The position numbers and the translations under genes were made by a program. A stretch of 32,000 nt of DNA from Sedimentisphaerales bacterium (lineage in GTDB: Bacteria > Planctomycetota > Phycisphaerae > Sedimentisphaerales > Anaerobacaceae). The stretch is taken from assembly GCA_035476995.1 (NCBI GenBank), contig DATIKY010000217.1, positions 1-32,000 on the forward strand. Direction: 5' to 3'. Below, one piece after another: positions 6,936 to 13,443 of this stretch; position 1 is the first letter of the stretch; each line of letters starts with the position of its first letter. The notes below the pieces were generated by a model. The model was given only the letters and a program-made list of their open reading frames with translations. It had not been told where the DNA came from and ran no database searches.

Positions 6936-8831
6936 TCAGTTGCCTGTTCTGATGTTGTCGTCAGATGCCGCCTCTTGGCGCACACCATGGTATGTCGTCA
7001 CTTCGTACTCGAAAACTTGCGTCCGTCGGGCTGGAACGGTCAGCTCGAAGCGGGCGTGGCTCGCATCGTGTTTGCGATACGTCGCCCCGCCGCTCATCAG
7101 CTTGAGCGTCCAGTACGGCGTCCCGAATCCCCGCGTCACCTCAACCTGAACCGGCAGCGCGCTCGCATTGGCGATCTCGATCTTCCAGGTCCGCACTTCC
7201 TCCCAGCCGTTGACCTCGCCCTTCGTATCGAAGGTATGATTCGCGGTCCGGTAGTCCATCAGCACGGGTTTGACCTCGACCAGCCGGGCCGGCCCAAGAT
7301 TCAGCTCAACCTCTTCGCCCACGGGGATATACTTCACGCCCATGCCGCCGACGTAGGACAAATGCCCCTGCTCATCCGCCCGGCCGTAAACGCGGACCAT
7401 CCCGTCCGGCAGCGGCGTCTCGCCGAGCTTGTGCTCCGCGTCGTTGGCAAAGCTCAGGAACCGAATTGTCTGGCTCCCCCACCGCTCCTCGTCATATTTG
7501 CACAGACTTGTAACGGGGATGTCGTCGGCGTCAAACGACATCAGCCGCTTGCCCCATTCGTTCGGGATCGTCTCCGTCCCCTCAATCGTGTAGAGGAAGT
7601 ACTCGCTAAGTCCCTCCTTTTGGATTTCCTTGGGTGGCATTGCATAGGCTACCGGACCGTGCAGGTCTTTGCCGCTCAGGTCTGCGACGCTCCTGCCCCC
7701 CGGCAGCTTGAGTCTCCGGAGTCTGTCCAGATAGTTCGGAACGTCGTGACCACCGTAGGGATACGGGCGTTGGGCCAGTTCTCTTATCCGCTCAAGAAGA
7801 TGGACCCGACCGACGAGAAGGCGGGTTTCGGCGTCTTCGTAGTCCTCGCCGCTGTTGTTGCTGACGCGTACATAGGCCTCCAGGCGTATCGTTTTCTCGT
7901 CCTGGGAGAGCGTGCCCATGTAGAAGGCGCGCCACGCGAGACCGCTGGTCATGTAGGTCAACTCGAAGGGTACTTGGCCCGCGACCTCGGAGCGGATCAG
8001 CCAGCGGCCGAGCTCACGCAATCTCGGCGGGAAGACTAACTGCTGGACCTCGACTTCGCCCTTGTGCTCCAGCGGCTCGAGATTGAGCGAGGTGGGGTCG
8101 ATCAGCGTGCCGGCCCACATGAACTGGAGCCAGTTCCAGCCTCGCTTCAAGGTCAAATTCCGCTTCTCCCGCACGAGCGTCAGGTCGGCGGCGTTGTAGA
8201 TCGTCAGTTGCACGTCCTCCCGGCGAGGCAGGACGACCAGTTCGATCGCACTGGCCGGGGCAAACGGCGGCTGATCATCGATTGCGTCAGGTTGCCCCGT
8301 CCCAGGGGCATCAGCAAGCGCGCTTGTAGTGACGCCGTAAGGCGTTTCCGGATATGCCCTTACGGGCACACTACGAACAGGGTCTTCGGCCTTGCCGCCG
8401 GCCGGAGACGGCGCCATCGCGAGCAAGGGCACTTCCTCGGCCAAGCCCGTCGTCGCCGTCTCCGGGGCAGGTTGCGAAGCCGTTGAGAATGTCGGTGCAT
8501 CCTTGCGGCCCCGATCCGGCACCGCCAGCAGCGCAATTCCGACGATCACCGCCGCGGCGACCGCCCCGGCCCAGGGCAGCCTGTGGAGCAGGAGCCTTCT
8601 CCATCGCCCGGCCTGCTGTGCGTTGTGAATCGTCTCGGACAGCAGCGTCCGCGAGGCCTTCACGTCGTCCCGAAGCAGTTCCAGAGCATTGAACTTGCGG
8701 CCCAGCGTGTGCAGCCGTCGGCGGCAGGCTTCGCACTTCTCCAGATGGGTGCGAGCCTCGCCCGCGTCCGCCTCGGAGGTCAGGTCGAACTGGTAATCGA
8801 TAAGCTGCTGATCTGTCAGATGCGTGTTCAT
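6936..8831 (-). CDS. Anti-sigma factor (zinc-finger HxxxCxxC type) fused through one TM helix and a long linker to a DUF4140/DUF4139-like extracytoplasmic domain
   Basis: The N-terminus THLEKCEACRRRL gives H-x3-C-x2-C (nt 8724-8747). The TM helix is LPWAGAVAAAVIVGIALLAV (nt 8520-8579). A P/A/T-rich linker of about 90 aa follows. From aa ~195 the protein is collinear with P1/P2 (DVQLTIYNAADLTLVRE...YMTSGLAWRAFYMGTLSQDEKT...SNNSGEDYEDAETRLLVG...KEGLSEYFLYTIEGTETIP). Its ATG overlaps the sigma gene's TGA (ATGA, 8828-8831). Confidence 0.8.
   Translation of the reverse strand: MNTHLTDQQLIDYQFDLTSEADAGEARTHLEKCEACRRRLHTLGRKFNALELLRDDVKASRTLLSETIHNAQQAGRWRRLLLHRLPWAGAVAAAVIVGIALLAVPDRGRKDAPTFSTASQPAPETATTGLAEEVPLLAMAPSPAGGKAEDPVRSVPVRAYPETPYGVTTSALADAPGTGQPDAIDDQPPFAPASAIELVVLPRREDVQLTIYNAADLTLVREKRNLTLKRGWNWLQFMWAGTLIDPTSLNLEPLEHKGEVEVQQLVFPPRLRELGRWLIRSEVAGQVPFELTYMTSGLAWRAFYMGTLSQDEKTIRLEAYVRVSNNSGEDYEDAETRLLVGRVHLLERIRELAQRPYPYGGHDVPNYLDRLRRLKLPGGRSVADLSGKDLHGPVAYAMPPKEIQKEGLSEYFLYTIEGTETIPNEWGKRLMSFDADDIPVTSLCKYDEERWGSQTIRFLSFANDAEHKLGETPLPDGMVRVYGRADEQGHLSYVGGMGVKYIPVGEEVELNLGPARLVEVKPVLMDYRTANHTFDTKGEVNGWEEVRTWKIEIANASALPVQVEVTRGFGTPYWTLKLMSGGATYRKHDASHARFELTVPARRTQVFEYEVTTYHGVRQEAASDDNIRTGN
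8321..8380. repeat. REP-like hairpin doublet (same A/B units as 4132-4225, opposite orientation, 5-nt spacer) lying inside the anti-sigma coding sequence
   Basis: GTAGTGACGCCGTAAGGCGTT (8326-8346) plus ATATGCCCTTACGGGCACACTAC (8352-8374). It is translated in-frame as PVRSVPVRAYPETPYGVTTS (aa 151-170 of the anti-sigma). Confidence 0.8.
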
Positions 8832-9415
8832 TTCGTTGCACCTATCGAATCCGGCAGTCTCTGGGCCAACGTCGCCAACGCCCGCGACATCTGGGTCTTC
8901 ACCGAGCCGACAGAACAGCCCAGCACCTCGGCGACCTCGCGATAACTGAGCTGCTGATAATAGGCAAGGACCAGCGTGGCTCTCTGGCCCGGCGGGAGCG
9001 ACTCGATCGCCTTGCGGACCTGCTCCTTCTGTTCCCGGCGGACCAGTTCCTCCGGCGGGCTCGCCGCGTTCTCATCGGCGAGGCGCGCAAGCTGCGAATC
9101 CTCCCCCTCGCCGCAGTCGGTCTGCGGATCTTGCGAGATCGTCACCTGCCGCTTGCTGCGCCGGACGCCGTCGATCGTGACCCGCGTGGCGATGGTGAAC
9201 AGCCAGCTCTTGAAGCCGCCGCCTTGGAAGGTATGGGCTTTCTCGTGGACCCGTTTGAAGGTCTCCTGAAAAAGGTCTTCAGCCTGGTCGCGATTGCCTA
9301 TCATGTGACACAAATACCCCAACACGCCGTCGCCATAGCGGCAGACCAGTTCGCGAAACGCCGTCGGATCACCCTTGAGGTGCGCGGCGATCAGATTCTC
9401 ATCCGAATGTGCCAT
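8828..9415 (-). CDS. ECF-type RNA polymerase sigma factor (sigma-70 family, regions 2 and 4)
   Basis: MAHSDENLIAAHLKGDPTAFRELVCRYGDGVLGYL...DLFQETFKRVHE (region 2) and LPPGQRATLVLAYYQQLSYREVAEVLGCSVGSVKTQMSRA (region 4 HTH). I prefer the start at 9415 because an ECF-like promoter lies inside the longer ORF (to 9472). Confidence 0.85.
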   Translation of the reverse strand: MAHSDENLIAAHLKGDPTAFRELVCRYGDGVLGYLCHMIGNRDQAEDLFQETFKRVHEKAHTFQGGGFKSWLFTIATRVTIDGVRRSKRQVTISQDPQTDCGEGEDSQLARLADENAASPPEELVRREQKEQVRKAIESLPPGQRATLVLAYYQQLSYREVAEVLGCSVGSVKTQMSRALATLAQRLPDSIGATK

Positions 9416-9440
9416 CAAGGCCACGACTCCAACTACTCCC

Positions 9441-9471
9441 TTAGACGAGCATCGTAGCGAGGCGGTTGACA
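9441..9471 (-). promoter_or_regulatory. Candidate ECF-type (autoregulatory) promoter
   Basis: The minus strand reads TGTCAAC-N17-CGTCTAA. This has the AAC (-35) and CGT (-10) signature typical of ECF promoters, about 25 nt upstream of the 9415 ATG. Confidence 0.35.
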
Positions 9472-9482
9472 AGACAGAAGAG

Positions 9483-9589
9483 AAATAGGACGAATAAGAC
9501 TTATGGGACCCATAGGACGCAAGCCAATCGCGCGGTCAGGCTCGCGTCCTATGGGTCCTATCCGTCCTATGAGTCCTATAAGTCCTATT
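9483..9589. repeat. Inverted arrays of a 9-bp periodic unit (NNATAGGAC x4 / GTCCTATNN x5) flanking a 23-nt spacer
   Basis: The left arm is 9483-9520 and the right arm 9544-9589. The core 15-bp perfect stem is GGACCCATAGGACGC/GCGTCCTATGGGTCC, extendable with mismatches. The right arm overlaps the stop codon (9585-9587) of the upstream gene. Confidence 0.75.
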
Positions 9590-11159
9590 CGCTCTTGCCC
9601 ATCGCCCAGAAAACCGCATTGATCAGCAGCCTGCGAAACTGCGGGTCTTTGAAATCATCCGGATGACCGAGCGATGTGTAGAAGACCCGCGAATTCCTGT
9701 AGCGATTCGTCCAGGCGACCGGCTCCGGCGGCTGATCCGGGATCGTGCCGAGCAGAAGCAACTGCGTGCCGGCGGCCAGCGGGCTGGGCCTATACAGCGA
9801 ACCATTGCTCAGGAACGGCAATTCGACGCCTTTGAGAATCGGATGATCCGTCGCACCCGCGGCGGCCGCGATTGCCGCCACAGGGCCTGCGGCGTAGTGA
9901 CCCCGATAGTTGCCGCCGAGGACGTCTGCGTCGAATCTGGGCCACTCGTCGCGGCCCTTCGGCGCCGCGCCTCGCGAATCGAACGCGTGACTGGCGGTGC
10001 GGAGCCCGATCAGAGGCCCGCCGCGATCGAGGAACTCCCGCAGGTGCTTCATCTGCTCGGCCGGGAATCCCCTGCGCCTCGCGTAGACCACGACCAGTTG
10101 GGCGTCGCTGAGGATCTCCATGCCGCAGATCTCATGGATGGCGTCGCCCCGCGCCTCGGTGCTGGCCTGGAGGATCTCGCAGTCCAGGCCGTGCTTGAGC
10201 TCGAGTTCACGAGCGAACTGGGGCAGCGTCTCCGCGGCCTTGTACTCGTTCTCTGCAGAGAGGAACACGACCAGGGGTCTCTTGTCCTCCTTGAACCGAA
10301 ACGCCAGCTCGCCTGTGAAGGCGTTCGACGTAGTCGTGGGGCAAACGTACTGCTCGACGTGCTCAACGACCAGATCCGTACCGGTGAAATGGCTCACCTG
10401 GGGCGACTTGCGGGAGTTGTACATGGTGTCCGTCAGGTCCCGCATCAGGACCACGTTCTTGCCGGCACTCGCCAGATTGCGAAGCCCGAACGGTCTGCCG
10501 AGCACGCACATATTCGTGTGCACTCCCATCAGGATCACGTTCTCGATGCCTCGTGCTTCCAACAGGTTCCAGACCTCCACGCCGGAATCGCTGATGGCAT
10601 CCTGATCCTCGATTTCAATGATGCCGATCTGGCTCGTCCAGGGCGAAGCCACCTGGCAAGTGGGCTCACAGTCGCAACCGCCGTCGGAGTGATCGATGGG
10701 GTAGCCGGCGGACCTCTCAGCTTCATCCTTCCACTGACGCCACGAGCGAATGCCAGCGGGCAGATTCGTTGCGTTGGGGGCCTGCATGGCCCTTCGGCGA
10801 GCCGGATGGTCCTTGTAGTGGTCGATGACGCCGCTGGGAGCATGGACGATCAGCACGCCCTTGTCACGTGCGGCACAGACTACTCGATTCATCACCGGGG
10901 CCAGTTCGCCTACCCGCTCGGTCGCCCCTTTGCACCAGTGCTGGTCCCACATGTCGCAGAGGATGATGGCCGTCTCGCAAGGGTCCCACTGCCGGCTCTC
11001 GTAGACGACGCGAAACGGCCCCTGCGCATCGGAGATCGCGACGCGGCTTCGCAGATCCACGGTCAGCGTTCGCGCCGCGAGCGCCGACCCACAGAGCAAG
11101 ACCGCCAGAGCAACGTACACACTTGCTCGAACGACTGTCGATTCCTTGAAGGACATCAT
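9585..11159 (-). CDS. Secreted fusion protein: isochorismatase-like cysteine hydrolase domain plus ThuA-like (trehalose-utilisation/class-I amidotransferase-like) domain
   Basis: Signal peptide MMSFKESTVVRASVYVALAVLLCGSALA. N-terminal half: AIILCDMWDQHW...ENVILMGVHTNMCVLGRPFG (isochorismatase-like). C-terminal half: ...AWTNRYRNSRVFYTSLGHPDDFKDPQFRRLLINAVFWAMG (ThuA signature). RBS AAGGGGG lies upstream of ATGATG at 11159. Confidence 0.7.
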   Translation of the reverse strand: MMSFKESTVVRASVYVALAVLLCGSALAARTLTVDLRSRVAISDAQGPFRVVYESRQWDPCETAIILCDMWDQHWCKGATERVGELAPVMNRVVCAARDKGVLIVHAPSGVIDHYKDHPARRRAMQAPNATNLPAGIRSWRQWKDEAERSAGYPIDHSDGGCDCEPTCQVASPWTSQIGIIEIEDQDAISDSGVEVWNLLEARGIENVILMGVHTNMCVLGRPFGLRNLASAGKNVVLMRDLTDTMYNSRKSPQVSHFTGTDLVVEHVEQYVCPTTTSNAFTGELAFRFKEDKRPLVVFLSAENEYKAAETLPQFARELELKHGLDCEILQASTEARGDAIHEICGMEILSDAQLVVVYARRRGFPAEQMKHLREFLDRGGPLIGLRTASHAFDSRGAAPKGRDEWPRFDADVLGGNYRGHYAAGPVAAIAAAAGATDHPILKGVELPFLSNGSLYRPSPLAAGTQLLLLGTIPDQPPEPVAWTNRYRNSRVFYTSLGHPDDFKDPQFRRLLINAVFWAMGKSE

Positions 11160-11308
11160 GTCTAACCCCCTTTTATGCGTGATCGGCCTGCACCAGAGCA
11201 ACCAACCGGCTCTGCCTGCGGCGTAATATACGCCAGAATCGACACTTGTGGCAAGTCTCAGGCACATGGTTTGCGAGCGGCCAAGGCCGGTCCGGAGCGG
11301 TTTTGTTC

Positions 11309-11337
11309 TTTACAGGGGGTTCCGGCGATGGTAGCAT
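11309..11337 (+). promoter_or_regulatory. Candidate sigma-70 promoter for the oxidoreductase operon
   Basis: TTTACA-N17-TAGCAT, about 90 nt upstream of the 11426 ATG. Confidence 0.3.
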
Positions 11338-11425
11338 GACGCCGATGCTGGAGGAGAGGCGCGGCCCGTCACGTTTGGTCGTCCGGGCGAACTTTATGGT
11401 TGGACAAATGCCAGGGACGTAGGAA

Positions 11426-11704
11426 ATGGCAGGCAAGGTGGTCATCGATGCAGAACGATGCAAGGGCTGCGGTCTTTGCGTGGCGGTCTGCCCGAAACAC
11501 AGCATCGAAATCTCGACGGAATCGAACAAGAACGGGTACTATCCCGCGATTGCCAGGAACGCCGACTGCACCGGGTGCAGCCGATGCGCGATCATTTGCC
11601 CGGAGGGGGTCATCGAAGTCTCCCGCGAAGAAGCCAGCCGCATCCGCGACGTAGCCGCAGCCATCAGGAAGAGCACTGAACATCCCGTCCAGGAGAACAG
11701 GTGA
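11426..11704 (+). CDS. 2-oxoacid:ferredoxin oxidoreductase delta subunit (2x[4Fe-4S] ferredoxin)
   Basis: Two CxxCxxCxxxCP motifs (CKGCGLCVAVCP and CTGCSRCAIICP). It sits at the head of a D-A-B-G operon. Confidence 0.8.
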   Translation: MAGKVVIDAERCKGCGLCVAVCPKHSIEISTESNKNGYYPAIARNADCTGCSRCAIICPEGVIEVSREEASRIRDVAAAIRKSTEHPVQENR

Positions 11705-11708
11705 ACGG

Positions 11709-12029
11709 ATGGACCCGAAGGCGAAACGTTTGGTGGATCGCGTAAAGGCTCATCTGCATGAGACTTACGGCGAGAGCATCAGGCGGGTCATCCTCTACGG
11801 CTCCTACGCCAGGGGCGAGGCGACAAAGGACTCAGATGTTGACGTGCTCGTGCTGACCGATCCGTCTTTGAAACCCTTTGAGGTCCGAAAGAGCCTGAGC
11901 GGCCTCCTGTTCGACATGCTCATGGACGAAAGCGAGCTCGTTTCCGTCATCGTGATTCCCGAGGATTACTTTGACCAGCACAACCTGCCGTTCATGATGA
12001 ATGTCAGAAAAGAGGGCGTCGCAATTTGA
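11709..12029 (+). CDS. Nucleotidyltransferase-domain protein (MNT-type, antitoxin-like partner of HEPN)
   Basis: The YGSYARGEATKDSDVDVLVL motif (GSxxxG...DxD), 106 aa. The gene starts 4 nt after the delta subunit stop. Confidence 0.8.
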   Translation: MDPKAKRLVDRVKAHLHETYGESIRRVILYGSYARGEATKDSDVDVLVLTDPSLKPFEVRKSLSGLLFDMLMDESELVSVIVIPEDYFDQHNLPFMMNVRKEGVAI

Positions 12030-12307
12030 AAGAAATCCAGATCCTAACGACGAGGGCCCAGACGTTCTTGCGTACGGCCGAGCGGACGATGAGCGACGGC
12101 GATTACGATTCTTGCGCATCCAGATGCTACTACGCCATGTTCTCGCTCGCGCAGGCCGTACTCCTAACAAGGAACTTACGCGCCGCCTCCCATAAGGGCG
12201 TGATCAGCCTGTTCGGGGAACATTTTGTTAAGACGGGAATCCTTGAGGGCCATATGGGAAGAGCGATCAACTACGCCTATGACACCAGGATTGTGGGGGA
12301 CTGGTGA
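12026..12307 (+). CDS. HEPN-domain protein, apparently C-terminally short
   Basis: A TTG start overlaps the MNT stop (TTGA). It shows ...CYYAMFSLAQAVLL...ASHKGVISLFGEHFVKTGIL...YDTRIVGDW and ends immediately after the R-x-x-x-D-aromatic motif. It is 93 aa, versus roughly 120-140 aa as I recall for this family. Confidence 0.65.
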   Translation: MKEIQILTTRAQTFLRTAERTMSDGDYDSCASRCYYAMFSLAQAVLLTRNLRAASHKGVISLFGEHFVKTGILEGHMGRAINYAYDTRIVGDW

Positions 12308-12347
12308 AGAGCTACCTCGATCGATGGATGGAGCAAGAGGAAAGAAC

Positions 12348-13421
12348 GTGAACGAACGGATTCTGATGTGCGGGAATGAGGCGATGGCGGAAGCCGCGAT
12401 CATCGCCGGCTGCGACGCCTATTTCGGCTACCCGATCACGCCGCAGAACGAGATCTCCGCCTATATGGCCAAGCGAATGCCCGAGGAGGGCCGGGTGTTC
12501 ATTCAGAGCGAAAGCGAGCTGGCGGCCATCAACATGGTCTTCGGCGCCTCCGCAACCGGAAAGCACGCGATGACCAGTTCCTCCAGTCCCGGCGTCAGCC
12601 TGATGCAGGAGGGCCTCAGTTACATGGCCGGGGCGGAACTGCCGGCGGTCGTGATCAACGTCATGCGCGGCGGGCCCGGACTCGGGAACATCGCCCCCTC
12701 GCAGGCGGACTACTTCCAGGCCACCCGCGGCGGCGGGCACGGCGACTATCGAACCATCGTGCTGGGTCCGGCCAGCGTGCAGGAAATGGCCGACTGTATG
12801 CCTTTGGCGTTCGACCTGGCCGATCAGTACCTCATTACCGTGATGATTCTTGCGGACGGGGTGCTCGGCCAGATGATGGAGCCGGTCCTGCTGGAGCCCA
12901 GGCCCCGACGCAAGCTGCCGGCCAAGGAGTGGGCCCTGACGGGCGCCAAAGACAGGTCCCAGAACATCGTCCGCTCGCTGTGGCTGGCCGACGGGGCGCT
13001 CGAAGCCCACAACAACAAGCTCCAGGCCCGCTACCGGCAGATCCAGACGCAGGAGGTCCTTTACCAAGAGTACCGCATGGACGACGCGGAAATCGTGATG
13101 GTCGCGTACGGAGTCGCGGCCCGAATCGTCAGGTCCGCGGTGGACCGAGCTCGGGAAGAGGGCATTCCCGCCGGCCTGATCCGGCCGATCACCCTCTGGC
13201 CGTTCCCGTCGGAACAGATCAGCCGGGCCGCGGAGCGATTTCCGATCTTCCTGACTGTCGAAATGAGCGCCGGCCAGATGGTCGAGGACGTGAGACTTGC
13301 GGTGGCGGGCAAGGCCCCCGTCCTGCTCCACGGCCGACCGGGCGGCGGCGTCCCGACCGCCGACGAGATCCTGGACAGGATTCGACAACTCGCGGTCAAC
13401 AGCAGACAAGCACAGACCTGA
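12348..13421 (+). CDS. korA: 2-oxoacid:ferredoxin oxidoreductase alpha subunit
   Basis: VNERILMCGNEAMAEAAIIAGCDAYFGYPITPQNEI is the canonical N-terminus. The GTG at 12348 is preceded by GAGGAAAG. Alternative ATGs exist at 12324 and 12366. The 2-oxoglutarate specificity implied by the symbol is not established. Confidence 0.8.
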   Translation: MNERILMCGNEAMAEAAIIAGCDAYFGYPITPQNEISAYMAKRMPEEGRVFIQSESELAAINMVFGASATGKHAMTSSSSPGVSLMQEGLSYMAGAELPAVVINVMRGGPGLGNIAPSQADYFQATRGGGHGDYRTIVLGPASVQEMADCMPLAFDLADQYLITVMILADGVLGQMMEPVLLEPRPRRKLPAKEWALTGAKDRSQNIVRSLWLADGALEAHNNKLQARYRQIQTQEVLYQEYRMDDAEIVMVAYGVAARIVRSAVDRAREEGIPAGLIRPITLWPFPSEQISRAAERFPIFLTVEMSAGQMVEDVRLAVAGKAPVLLHGRPGGGVPTADEILDRIRQLAVNSRQAQT

Positions 13422-13443
13422 CCGCGGCCAACGCAGAACAGGC

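Noticed and set aside
2654-8039. Long plus-strand ORFs (2654-4114, 4682-5608, 5753-6952, 6687-8039) opposite the DUF4139-like genes
   Set aside because: These are antisense shadow ORFs typical of high-GC DNA. Their composition is Arg/Asp/Leu/His/Val-rich with no recognisable motifs or RBS, and the minus-strand genes have clear signal peptides, paralogy and SD sites.
9466-9666. 66-aa ORF with an SYGSYPSYESYKSYS repeat
   Set aside because: It is an artefact of the 9-bp periodic DNA repeat (three-codon period). It also overlaps the 3' end of the real minus-strand gene.
9663-11165. 500-aa plus-strand ORF opposite the isochorismatase/ThuA gene
   Set aside because: Antisense shadow ORF. The minus-strand frame carries recognisable family motifs.
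12305-12347. Possibility that the HEPN C-terminus continues after a frameshift
   Set aside because: The alternative frames give RATSIDGWSKRKERE... or EELPRSMDGARGKN..., neither resembling the missing HEPN helix. The latter frame simply runs into the alpha subunit gene.
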